Shown: positions 29,514 to 38,889, numbered from the stretch's first letter. The stretch is 44,352 bases of DNA from a virus (IMGVR_UViG_3300025133_005691:1-44352), one strand, 5' to 3'. Notes: generated by a model not told the origin, from the sequence alone. Program-made: numbers and translations.

Positions 29514-31568
29514 ATGATCGCAATCGATACGGAGTGTACTGGACTATGGTGGCAGCACGGGACACAGGCGTTCGCTGTAGGCACTTACGACGGCACTGAG
29601 TACCAATCGTCACACAGACAGATAAACCACCGCACAAGGCGTCCTAAGGAGCCTCTCAGCTCCTCTCAGCGAGAGCATTACAGGGATATCCTGCTGGGAG
29701 ATGATATGGTTGTCTTCCAGAATGCCAATTATGACATAAAAGCCTTCTGTAGCATGGGAGTCCTTGACTGGGAAGAACCTTCTCACCATGACTTCTGGGA
29801 GAACATTTATGACCTCGGCAGCATCAACCACCTATTCGATTCCCGAGACTCTGGGGTCAGGCAGTCCTCTCTAAAGTGCCTTGCTCCCAAGTACCTGGAT
29901 GGTGACTATGAATCACAAGAGGTAATGGAGAAACTAATCAACCGTTGCCGTAACTTCTGCCGCCTCAGGAATGCACACTGGAAGATCGGAGATAAAAAAA
30001 CAGTTCCACAAGCTCTCAAAGAGTTTGGGAAAGGTGACATGTGGTTGCCTGCTGCCCTTCTGAAACAGTACCCTGACCAGAATGAACTCAGACTCTATAT
30101 GAACAAGGAAGGTAAGCACGACTACGAACTACTGGGTACTGTCTGTGACACTTACCTCAGAGACGACTGTGTCTACACCTACCGATTGGCTGAAGGGTTC
30201 CTCAAAGAGATTCTGGAAGAACAAGGACCTGAAGAAGCAGAACAACATCTAGAGATGAATCATGCTCTTCATCCAGTAATCTGGAAGATGGAAACTCAAG
30301 GAGTACACGTACACCATGACCACCTCGAATCTTCAATTGCCACCTGTGAACACTGGATCAAAAAGACCCATGCTCGATGCGTTGACCTTACAGGTAAAGA
30401 CGTACAGAAGTTTACTGCCTCTATCCTCCGCAAATACCTGTTCGATGAGTGTGGCCTGGAACCAATTACCTTTACTGCCAAGGCAAAGTTACCTCAGGTG
30501 GATTCTGACAGACTCCTCCTCCTCAAAGAGCAGTGTGAAGAACGAGACTTAACCGAAGCAAATGAGTTCTTATCAAACCTGTTAGCAAACACCAAGTACA
30601 CCACAAAGAAACAATACCTGGAAGGCTACCATCGAGTACAACAAATAGGAAACAAGGTTCCATACGAAGCTGACTTTGATCCTCACCAGTGGTATCTTTT
30701 TCCTTCCCTCAAGTCAACCGGCACAGGTACTACTCGCTTCTCCAGTTCCAACCCTAACAGCCAGAACATCGAGAAAGCATCCAACCCTTTTGAGGACGAC
30801 TTCGACGACGTAAAGGAGATGCTGGAACAGTCCCCCAAACTCCGCTCCATCTTCGGTCCAGCGAAAGGGGATTGGTGGTTCCCAATGGACTATAAACAAC
30901 TTCAGCTTAGGATCTTTGCTGCCCTGACTCAGGAAGATTCTCTAATTCAATCCTTTAGAGACGGATGGGACTTCCACAACTTTATGGCTCATGCAATCTT
31001 TGACCTCCCAGAGAACCAGAAGGCTACCTCAGCTCAACGAAGAGTAGCCAAGGCAGTCAACTTCGGATTCATCTTCGGAGCTTCAGAAAAAAAGATAGAT
31101 GAAACCACAAAGAAGCCTGGGCTCTATCAGGAACTCATGATCATGTTCCCTAACGCTAAGGACTTCTTAGATGAAACAAAGGAACAGATCAGAGAGACCG
31201 GCATCGTCTACACAATGGGAGGTTACCCTCTGAAGATTCCGATGAGGATGTCCCCCTGGGACGGACGCCTAAACTACGCTGCACACATGGGCGTCTGTTA
31301 CCGAGTACAGGGAACTGAAGGTGAGATAGTAAAGAAGGCAATGGTAAACACAGACCAGTACTGCACCACCTTTATGGAGGATAGTCGTATCGTTATGCAG
31401 ATCCATGACGAGATTGTCTTTAAGACTCCTGAACGTCCTTCCAAGTCTCACATCAGAAACCTTCGAAGTATCATGGAGAATGCAGGTACTCACTTCGGAG
31501 TTGAAACACCAGTCGATGTAGAACTCTGTCAACACTCCCTCGATAGAAAGGTAACGGTGATCTTATGA
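29514..31568 (+). CDS. polA: Family A DNA polymerase with 3'-5' exonuclease
   Basis: Exo I IDTE, Exo II NANYD, Exo III YLRDD; TTRFSS, motif A DYKQLQLR, motif B AKAVNFG, motif C IHDE. Confidence 0.95.
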   Translation: MIAIDTECTGLWWQHGTQAFAVGTYDGTEYQSSHRQINHRTRRPKEPLSSSQREHYRDILLGDDMVVFQNANYDIKAFCSMGVLDWEEPSHHDFWENIYDLGSINHLFDSRDSGVRQSSLKCLAPKYLDGDYESQEVMEKLINRCRNFCRLRNAHWKIGDKKTVPQALKEFGKGDMWLPAALLKQYPDQNELRLYMNKEGKHDYELLGTVCDTYLRDDCVYTYRLAEGFLKEILEEQGPEEAEQHLEMNHALHPVIWKMETQGVHVHHDHLESSIATCEHWIKKTHARCVDLTGKDVQKFTASILRKYLFDECGLEPITFTAKAKLPQVDSDRLLLLKEQCEERDLTEANEFLSNLLANTKYTTKKQYLEGYHRVQQIGNKVPYEADFDPHQWYLFPSLKSTGTGTTRFSSSNPNSQNIEKASNPFEDDFDDVKEMLEQSPKLRSIFGPAKGDWWFPMDYKQLQLRIFAALTQEDSLIQSFRDGWDFHNFMAHAIFDLPENQKATSAQRRVAKAVNFGFIFGASEKKIDETTKKPGLYQELMIMFPNAKDFLDETKEQIRETGIVYTMGGYPLKIPMRMSPWDGRLNYAAHMGVCYRVQGTEGEIVKKAMVNTDQYCTTFMEDSRIVMQIHDEIVFKTPERPSKSHIRNLRSIMENAGTHFGVETPVDVELCQHSLDRKVTVIL

Positions 31569-31858
31569 AACATTTTAACCCTTTTGAATGTGAAGAAGGT
31601 AAATGGTACGATTGCATCAACTTAGAATCTTTTGGTTTACCTGGTTTTATGAATAAAGGTCGTGTGCTCTGCGTTAAAGAAGAGAACGGAGAGTCCGATA
31701 CCCTACCTGCGTTCGCAATCTGGGCAACTCATTCCAGTTTTGAAGGTGGGGTCTGGAGAGACTTAGAACCAAGATTGGAAATCTTCTATCTTTCAGAATT
31801 AGAATCTAGTCAAGGTGGTAATCTTCTTACTCTTTCTCCAGTTCAAGGATGGGAGTAA
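31565..31858 (+). CDS. Hypothetical protein
   Basis: ATGA-coupled to polA, 97 aa. Confidence 0.65.
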   Translation: MKHFNPFECEEGKWYDCINLESFGLPGFMNKGRVLCVKEENGESDTLPAFAIWATHSSFEGGVWRDLEPRLEIFYLSELESSQGGNLLTLSPVQGWE

Positions 31859-32607
31859 TGAAACTACTTGAATTCATAGATTACAACTATGATGAGGACG
31901 GAGACAACGCCAACACTGAATGTCTCTACTGCGGTAAGGACAAACTCTCCATAGCATTAGAAACCCCTCACCAATTCTCCTGCTGGTCCTGTAAGCAGTC
32001 AGGCAACGCCTACACTCTCATCCAACAGTACTACGAGATGTCTACCCCTCTGATGAAGTCGGATGGAATGAGACTGGCAAAGATGAAACCAGGTATCAAA
32101 CCTATCACCTTCAAGAGACTTGGCATTCGGAACTCTTCAGTCGGCTACATCTGGCCTGTCTACAACAAAGAGGAGAAGATAGTTGCACTCTACAAACTGT
32201 CAAACTCTGGTGTCTGGTACTCTTCCCCTAAACCTACAGCCTTTACCTTGCTCGGGATTCAGAACCTCAATGACACCGGACCAGTATACATCTGTGAAGG
32301 TCACTGGGACTATGCTTGTTTTTTGGGGCACATTGCCACCGATAAGATCAACACTCTCGGACTCTGTGGTTCTACCTTCCCTTCCCAGCGACTCAGTGTT
32401 CTCGAAGGCAGGGACGTAGTTTTCCTTGCTGACAACGATGATGCAGGAAGGAAAGGAGTACAGTCTATGGCTTCTAAGATGAAACAGACTTCTACCCTTC
32501 CTAAGTCTCTGAAGTTCCTCGACTGGTCTTCCATGTCTCTTCCCAGCGAAGGAGAAGTGCCAGACAAGTTCGACATTCGTGACCTCGTATTGGAGTACTC
32601 CCGATGA
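31849..32607 (+). CDS. DNA primase (Zn finger plus TOPRIM)
   Basis: CLYC...CWSC zinc ribbon; ICEGHWD; DNDDAG. Confidence 0.88.
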   Translation: MGVMKLLEFIDYNYDEDGDNANTECLYCGKDKLSIALETPHQFSCWSCKQSGNAYTLIQQYYEMSTPLMKSDGMRLAKMKPGIKPITFKRLGIRNSSVGYIWPVYNKEEKIVALYKLSNSGVWYSSPKPTAFTLLGIQNLNDTGPVYICEGHWDYACFLGHIATDKINTLGLCGSTFPSQRLSVLEGRDVVFLADNDDAGRKGVQSMASKMKQTSTLPKSLKFLDWSSMSLPSEGEVPDKFDIRDLVLEYSR

Positions 32608-32900
32608 AAATAAAACTACTTGGTAAGATTTGGCAACTACGCTTCATCTATATCAAGAAGACCAAAGAGGAGAAAGCTGCACACGGTAGTTGTGATGCTC
32701 CTCACATCAAAGGTAAGTCCATCCGCATCAACAACAAGCTCAAAGGCAAACCAATGCTGGAGACCCTCATCCATGAGATGATGCACGCTGCTGACTGGAC
32801 CAAAGATGAGGAGTTCGTAACAGAAGAAGCAAGGGACATTACTAACGTCCTTTGGAGGCTTGGATACAGGAGAATAGGTCGTGATGTCAAGGTTCCTTAA
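32604..32900 (+). CDS. Small HExxH metallopeptidase-like protein
   Basis: ETLIHEMMHA...EE. Confidence 0.7.
   Translation: MKIKLLGKIWQLRFIYIKKTKEEKAAHGSCDAPHIKGKSIRINNKLKGKPMLETLIHEMMHAADWTKDEEFVTEEARDITNVLWRLGYRRIGRDVKVP
32868..32900 (+). repeat. 33-bp direct repeat, copy 1
   Basis: AGGAGAATAGGTCGTGATGTCAAGGTTCCTTAA identical to 33867-33899. Confidence 0.95.
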
Positions 32901-32919
32901 ACAGCCGTCAATCATTTAG

Positions 32920-32947
32920 TTGACAGTGAGATAGACCACCTTGTAAT
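32920..32947 (+). promoter_or_regulatory. Possible promoter of the inserted gene
   Basis: TTGACA-N16-TGTAAT just inside the left repeat. Confidence 0.45.
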
Positions 32948-33046
32948 CATATCTGTAACAGGATATAAGAGTGTGGCAAATCTTAACCTATATGTTTAAC
33001 CCAATTTAAAAGCGACTAAGTTCGCATTGAGTAGGAGAAATAAAGA

Positions 33047-33883
33047 ATGATAATAGCATGGTGGAGTGCGGGTGTAACTAGTGCAGTGGCAACCAAGTTA
33101 GCCATAAATGAATTTGGTATTGATAATGTTGTACCTATTTATTTTAAAATAGACAGTGCTCATGAAGATAACGCCAGGTTCAAGTCTGAATGTGAGGAGT
33201 GGTACGGTAAAGAAATAGAGACGTATCAATCTGAGAAGTATAAGGATCAGTTTGAAGTTATAATCAACGATAGATATGTGAATGGCCCAGGTGGTGCAAG
33301 GTGTACGCTTGTACTAAAGAGAAGAGTTAGGCAAAAGATTGAACATGAACTCGACTACAATGGACAAATCTTTGGTTTTGAGTACAGTAAGAAGGAAGTT
33401 AATAGGGCTATAAGGTTCAGTGAACAGTACCCTACAGCTAAACCTTTATTCCCTTTGATAGAACACAAGATGAATAAACCTGAGTGTTTATATTATTTAG
33501 AAGATGCAGGTATTGAAAGGCCTGAGATGTATAAGTTAGGTTACAAAAACAATAATTGTATTGGTTGTGTCAAAGGCGGTGCAGGATACTGGAATAAAAT
33601 ACGTGTTGATTTTCCTGAATCCTTTAAGAAAATGTCTGAGGCAGAGAGAATTGTAGGTCACTCATGCTTACGTGGAACATTTCTTGACGAACTTGACCCC
33701 AACAAAGGACACAAACAAAAAACGATTATGCCTGACTGTGGTAATTTTTGTGATCTTGAGTTTGAAGATATACTTCACCCAAAGGTAGATGAAATATTTG
33801 ATGAACCAACTAAACTAAGACATCTTCCAAAAGATATGAAGTTGACTAAGTTCCTAGCAAGATACGAGGAGAATAGGTCGTGA
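33047..33883 (+). CDS. PAPS reductase-like (PP-loop) protein, moron
   Basis: WWSAGVTS PP-loop variant, CTLVLK, NNNCIGCVKGG; AT-rich relative to flanks. Confidence 0.8.
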   Translation: MIIAWWSAGVTSAVATKLAINEFGIDNVVPIYFKIDSAHEDNARFKSECEEWYGKEIETYQSEKYKDQFEVIINDRYVNGPGGARCTLVLKRRVRQKIEHELDYNGQIFGFEYSKKEVNRAIRFSEQYPTAKPLFPLIEHKMNKPECLYYLEDAGIERPEMYKLGYKNNNCIGCVKGGAGYWNKIRVDFPESFKKMSEAERIVGHSCLRGTFLDELDPNKGHKQKTIMPDCGNFCDLEFEDILHPKVDEIFDEPTKLRHLPKDMKLTKFLARYEENRS

Positions 33884-33899
33884 TGTCAAGGTTCCTTAA
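33867..33899 (+). repeat. 33-bp direct repeat, copy 2
   Basis: Identical to 32868-32900. Confidence 0.95.
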
Positions 33900-34014
33900 C
33901 TTCCTTATAGAACCTCTTGTTATTATCCTTGCTGGGATAGTTGGTTGGGGTATTGCAGTTCTTGCTACCAAACTAGCAGGAGTAATTGAGTTGTTTATCT
34001 GGAGCATAAAATGA
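33883..34014 (+). CDS. Small membrane protein (43 aa), absent from the ORF track
   Basis: AGGAG RBS; MSRFLNFLIEPLVIILAGIVGWGIAVLATKLAGVIELFIWSIK. Confidence 0.6.
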   Translation: MSRFLNFLIEPLVIILAGIVGWGIAVLATKLAGVIELFIWSIK

Positions 34015-34036
34015 ATCAGTGGGGAGAACTTGAACC

Positions 34037-35413
34037 GTGGAACTTATAAAGCTAATCAATGAACACTTGGTCTCTGTTGACTTTAATGTCATCACCACGG
34101 TACAGGCTAAAGCATGTCGTGACTTCAACACCCTCATGGACATCTATCGAAAGAACATGACCCTCACCCCTTCCATCGAAGACTGTGCTGCAATATGTTT
34201 TGCAGTCCACATAGCCACCAAGCTGGACGGAGATCCTCTCTGGTTCTATCTTGTTGGTGCTCCCTCAAGTGGCAAGTCCACCCTTTGCGAATTGGTATGT
34301 GCTGATGAACAAAACACCAGACCTCTCTCCAAATTCACAGGACTTGTGTCAGGTAGTACACAAGGACAACACCTTATTCCAATGCTGCACAACAAATGTG
34401 TTGTGGTCAAGGATGGAACCTTACTCCTGGAGTCAACTCCGATTCAGCTTGCTAATGTCTACGGTGAGCTTAGAGATATCTACGATGGGAGTCTCGAAGC
34501 CCATTACCGAAACGGCGTATCTGCTTCATACACAAACATCAGCTTCGGTATGCTCATTGGAATTACAGAGAGAGTCTATGCCCTCAATATGTCGGCACTG
34601 GGGGAAAGATTTCTCCATTGTAGACTCGAATCGGATCGAGAAACGGAACTTGTCCGTAATCAATCCGCGATACGTAACGTCCTCTCAGGAACTAAGCGGA
34701 CAATGGCCGAAGGAGAGGATTCGGGTGACAGCAGATCGTTCCCTCTTCAGCGAGAGTACACGGCAGGGTTCCTCTCCCATCTCCATACTCGCATACGCAA
34801 TGAGCATATTCTACAACCTGAATTCACAGGAACAGATGAAACACTTATCCAGGCTATTGCAGATGTCATCGCCTGCAGCCGAGCCCAAACCCACAAAGAC
34901 TTCAAAGACAACATTCTATTCGACTCCAGACCTGAAACTTCAACCAGGCTTTGTAAGCAGATAGCACGTCTTGCCTTGTGTTTATGCTACGTTCTGGGGG
35001 TCAAGAAGATCACCCCTAGGATAAGAGAACTTCTCACCAAAGTATGCCTTGACAGTTCCTTCGGAAAACAGTACCATGTGATACGTGCTGCTGCTCTCTC
35101 CAAGCAGGGCCAGAGTCGAAGAGGAACAGCCGCTTCAGCAAACATCCCCCTCTCCTCCTGCATCCTTGTCATCGAAGACCTTATCTCCTTGAAGGTCCTT
35201 AGAGAAGGAGATGGGGCAGGAGATAGGTCAGTAGGAAGAAAAACCAAGATCCTTACCTGTGCTCCCTGGGTGGAACACGCATTCAAAACAGTAGAACAAC
35301 ATGGGCAGAATATTCCCCAGCATCCGTATCCCGAAGAGGAAGTACCACAAGTCGTCACCAGTCCAAAGAAGAACCGCTGGACGACGAAGAAGAAACGTCT
35401 TGTTAAGAGATGA
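34037..35413 (+). CDS. AAA+ ATPase, putative replicative helicase (MCM-like)
   Basis: GAPSSGKST Walker A, LRDIYDG, LGERFL arginine-finger-like motif; near primase. Confidence 0.7.
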   Translation: MELIKLINEHLVSVDFNVITTVQAKACRDFNTLMDIYRKNMTLTPSIEDCAAICFAVHIATKLDGDPLWFYLVGAPSSGKSTLCELVCADEQNTRPLSKFTGLVSGSTQGQHLIPMLHNKCVVVKDGTLLLESTPIQLANVYGELRDIYDGSLEAHYRNGVSASYTNISFGMLIGITERVYALNMSALGERFLHCRLESDRETELVRNQSAIRNVLSGTKRTMAEGEDSGDSRSFPLQREYTAGFLSHLHTRIRNEHILQPEFTGTDETLIQAIADVIACSRAQTHKDFKDNILFDSRPETSTRLCKQIARLALCLCYVLGVKKITPRIRELLTKVCLDSSFGKQYHVIRAAALSKQGQSRRGTAASANIPLSSCILVIEDLISLKVLREGDGAGDRSVGRKTKILTCAPWVEHAFKTVEQHGQNIPQHPYPEEEVPQVVTSPKKNRWTTKKKRLVKR

Positions 35414-35567
35414 GTTCAAATGTCAAGGATGTTGGAACGTCTACCCTGAATCAGAACTTGAATGTGATCACATCATCCCTCTCCAGCAAGGAGGACCTGA
35501 CCATGAGATAAACTGTCAAACCCTCTGCATCCCTTGCCACCGTAAGAAATCAAAGAGTGAATCATGA
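35301..35567 (+). CDS. HNH endonuclease (gp74-like)
   Basis: RDEFKCQGC...DHIIP...GG...NCQTLCIPCH. Confidence 0.88.
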   Translation: MGRIFPSIRIPKRKYHKSSPVQRRTAGRRRRNVLLRDEFKCQGCWNVYPESELECDHIIPLQQGGPDHEINCQTLCIPCHRKKSKSES

Positions 35568-36400
35568 TCTCTGCTAAGAACCTTCATCGTGCAGCAATGC
35601 TCTCCAATGGAATGTACACCTCCCGTGCTCTCGGACGGAAGTGGACATGTGAGAACCTATACAACGACACCCATCTCTACACTCGAAGTGTGGATCTCTC
35701 TCGCAACCTCATCGGAGATGTTGGTCATATTAAGGTAGCAGTAACCGAACTGGGGAAAGACCTTTACTTCGGTTTCAGTGGAACCCAGGACGCTGAGTTT
35801 TGGCTCTACAACATAGACGGAGATATTGATAAGACTCCCTACACTGTCCTCTACGGTATCAATTACGATGCTCATGCTGGCTTCCTTGATCTGGCAAAGA
35901 CTGTCTATACCTTAGCATTGCAACACCTGCCAGAACACATCAAAGACCTCTCTCAATACGACAACCTTTACTTCACAGGTCACTCAGCAGGTGGTGCAGT
36001 TGCTGCCTTGATGCCTTTCTTCGTTAGACAGAAACAATTACTCCTTACTCATGACAAACTGAAAGTCATTGACTTCGGTTCACCTCGTATCTGGGCAGAC
36101 TCCTGTGAATACCCCTTTGAACGACACCGCTTCCAGCACGTCTTCGACCTCATCCCGTGTGCTCCTTTGCATTGGAGGGGACCTTTACCTGGCTTCTCCC
36201 ACAGTGGCGAAGTGCATTGGACGACCACCAAGTACCGAGTACTCAACAAAGCTCCCTGGTTCCGTATTCCCCGAATGCTCTGGGAGTACGGCAAAGGAGT
36301 AGCTACCCTCTCAGCAGCACAGAAAGCATTGAAATATCACTCCTCCCATCAGTACTCCTCAACTGTACTGGCTAACTACTTCATGGACACAGACCTATGA
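35564..36400 (+). CDS. Class 3 lipase (alpha/beta hydrolase)
   Basis: FSGT, AHAGF, TGHSAGG nucleophile elbow, FGSPR, DLIP, C-terminal His. Confidence 0.88.
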   Translation: MISAKNLHRAAMLSNGMYTSRALGRKWTCENLYNDTHLYTRSVDLSRNLIGDVGHIKVAVTELGKDLYFGFSGTQDAEFWLYNIDGDIDKTPYTVLYGINYDAHAGFLDLAKTVYTLALQHLPEHIKDLSQYDNLYFTGHSAGGAVAALMPFFVRQKQLLLTHDKLKVIDFGSPRIWADSCEYPFERHRFQHVFDLIPCAPLHWRGPLPGFSHSGEVHWTTTKYRVLNKAPWFRIPRMLWEYGKGVATLSAAQKALKYHSSHQYSSTVLANYFMDTDL

Positions 36401-37776
36401 AAAGGAAAATAATCACCTTCATCCTGGCCTTCCTGATACTCACCTTAACGTCCTTTGGTGCTCAAGGGGTCTACTCCCTCCAATCTCGTACTCCCTGCCC
36501 TCCGGGGTCAACCTGAGGACCCTCCGCAAGACCTGGTACAGGTTTTGAGATCGGACAGGGGTCAGCAGTAATGGTCTCAGTCAAGGACGGCTTCGGATGG
36601 TTCCTCTCCACCGGCCATGTATTCGGACAGTACAACGCAGTATGGATAGAAGACAGATGGTACGAAGTACAGGTATCTCACCGATGGATGAATCTCTCCC
36701 TCAATGAGCACCTCATCCTTCTCAAGACTGTCCAGAAGCTACCAGAGAAGAACTTCCCTTTCTTCCGCATAGCAGAAGAAGAATTAAAACCAGGAGACTC
36801 AGCCGTCTACGTTGGCTTCCCTGCCAACCATTACAGAGTTCAACCTTTAAGAGTATCACCATACGGTGGCAGTTTACTCCACACTATACCTCATCCAACA
36901 CAAGGCTTCTCAGGAGGAGGAGTAGTCAAAGGTGGCAACCTCTACGGAATCATCCACGGGTATCACTCACTGTCCCTCATAGGGAGTAGTCACTCTCTAC
37001 CTCCTATCCTCCAGCGAATGAAGCAGGACGCACCTGGAGTATTCTCCACCAATCGTCCTGAGTTAAAACCAAAGATCGTAGCACCTGCACCTCTCCCCAC
37101 CATACCAGAAAAGGCGAAACCATCATGGCCTCCATTCCCTGTTCCTGTGGAGAAGAAAACCCCTTCTACTGTACCTGTACCGAAGAACAACTCAGAATCA
37201 GAGAAGAACAACAAGGACTCCAAATCCTCATCGAAACCACCCTTAAAGAACTCTCCAAAGAAGGAGCCTTCATCGACAACGGAGATGGTTCCTTCTCCAA
37301 AGGACCAGACTACGAATTCTACAAAAAGTTACTCCTTACTAAAAGCAGTGAGGGAGAAGGTATCTAATCCAACCTTATGGCTTAACCTTGCCACTATGGC
37401 TGCCTTGGGACTCACTGGCGGTGGCACTGTCTTCGCTGGATGGAAAGGAATCAAATACGCCTCTACTGCCATGAAACTATGGAAGGGGGCTAAGGCTGCA
37501 AAGGCTTGCTTTCCCTTCAGCGAACCAATGCTGCCAAGAGACGACACAGAAATCCAACAGATCCTTAGTTTACGACAACAGGAACAACGCTCACCTCTAC
37601 ATGACGGCTTTTACGGAATCGCTCTCGAAGACGAACTCAGAGCTGACCCTAACCAAACCATAAAGGATGCGTTCGAGAAAGCTACCGCTCGATTCAATTC
37701 GGTGGCTCCCCTATCGGTACAGACAACGTCGTCTGCACCAATCACCAAACCTCCTACTACGGAGACCATGACATGA
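36397..37776 (+). CDS. Exported trypsin-like serine protease with an in-frame TGA at codon 40 (candidate selenoprotein, 459 aa)
   Basis: ATG 36397 coupled to the lipase stop; signal peptide MKRKIITFILAFLILTLTSFGA; same frame as ORF 36571; STGHV and QGFSGG motifs; Pro/Ser/Lys linker and hydrophobic segment. Confidence 0.7.
36514..36563 (+). promoter_or_regulatory. UGA plus bacterial SECIS-like hairpin
   Basis: TGA 36514-16; GACCC-TCCG-CAAGACCTG-[GTA]-CAGGTTTTG-AGAT-CGGA-CAG-GGGTC. Confidence 0.6.
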
Positions 37777-38435
37777 CACTTCAGGTAGCACAGGGACAGT
37801 TCACGGGAATGATCACCCGATTCAAGAACCAGACGATCATCTTGGCGATGCAACCTTGCATCAATCTACTCACTGAACTGGTTGGCAACGATGAGTTCAA
37901 GAACCGTGCAGGTACAGACGACAGTACCAAAGAGCACCTAACTCAGTTGTTGGCTGGTTGTGACAAACGTCGTCGCATGGTCACCTACAACAAAGACTCT
38001 GTTGACCTGCAATCGATTCTGGATGTAGACACCTCTCTGGAGTCTTCTATGAACCCGATTGCACTGGACGGCATTCAGCTTGGCTCAGGACCTGAGGTAG
38101 AGATTCCCTGGAACTTCGATGGGACAGATCCAAACATCCCTCTCCATAAGGATCTTCACTTCCGCAATGGAGTTGGTGGGATGCTTTACGATGTAGCCTG
38201 TAGGATCCTGGTGAACTACACCCGTCTTGAGTCACGACATCGTACTCAGATGATCACGGTCAATGACAGTAAACGCATGTACTCTTACATGCAGACGTTT
38301 CATGACCTGAGCAACCTCTTGCTTGGATCTGACAACCAGGTTGATGTAGCTCAACCACTGGCAACTGATGAGCCTGCTAACTCCTCTGCACCTAACCGTG
38401 TAGGAGAGACCTCAGTAAACCTTGGCTCAGTATAG
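37773..38435 (+). CDS. Hypothetical protein
   Basis: 220 aa, ATGA-coupled to the protease, last gene before the terminator. Confidence 0.75.
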   Translation: MTLQVAQGQFTGMITRFKNQTIILAMQPCINLLTELVGNDEFKNRAGTDDSTKEHLTQLLAGCDKRRRMVTYNKDSVDLQSILDVDTSLESSMNPIALDGIQLGSGPEVEIPWNFDGTDPNIPLHKDLHFRNGVGGMLYDVACRILVNYTRLESRHRTQMITVNDSKRMYSYMQTFHDLSNLLLGSDNQVDVAQPLATDEPANSSAPNRVGETSVNLGSV

Positions 38436-38453
38436 TCTGCGAAGTCTGGACGT

Positions 38454-38494
38454 AAAGAAACCCCTGCAGGTATCAACTTCTGCAGGGGTTTTTA
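38454..38494. terminator. Bidirectional intrinsic terminator between convergent blocks
   Basis: AAACCCCTGCAG-N10-CTGCAGGGGTTT with A-rich left flank and T-run right flank. Confidence 0.85.
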
Positions 38495-38502
38495 TCATTG
38501 GT

Positions 38503-38889
38503 CTACGAGTGAATGTGAATGTGGATATTGTAGGTAACAGTACCATCCGTGTTGATGACTACATCCTTACCAATCTTCAGCCCTTCCTCTGCTTCCTCCA
38601 GCAACTCCTGAGCCTCTGGGTCTACCGTGTGAACCTCTTCCACCACCTCTTCCACCAGATCACGGAAATCTTCTCCTCCATCGTAGTATCTACCGTCCCT
38701 CTTCCACCAGTTCGCTCCCTGTTCAAGGTAATCATCCTGGTTGCATGTAGGTTCAAATACCCACTTTGTTCTCTTTCCCATCTCGAATGTTCTTTCCCTC
38801 ACCTGTATCTGTATCGATTTCTGATCAACACCATCATCATCGACACCTCCACGGGTCCAGTACGTCTTACCTTCTTCAATCATCATCAC
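38503..38889 (-). CDS. Hypothetical acidic protein
   Basis: AGGAG RBS on the minus strand; ends next to the terminator. Confidence 0.7.
   Translation of the reverse strand: MMMIEEGKTYWTRGGVDDDGVDQKSIQIQVRERTFEMGKRTKWVFEPTCNQDDYLEQGANWWKRDGRYYDGGEDFRDLVEEVVEEVHTVDPEAQELLEEAEEGLKIGKDVVINTDGTVTYNIHIHIHS

Noticed and set aside
29514-31568. DpoZ / 2-aminoadenine genome
   Set aside because: No purZ, datZ or mazZ recognisable in the window
36514-36516. Genome-wide TGA reassignment
   Set aside because: Many genes end in TGA with ATGA coupling to the next gene, so any recoding is site-specific
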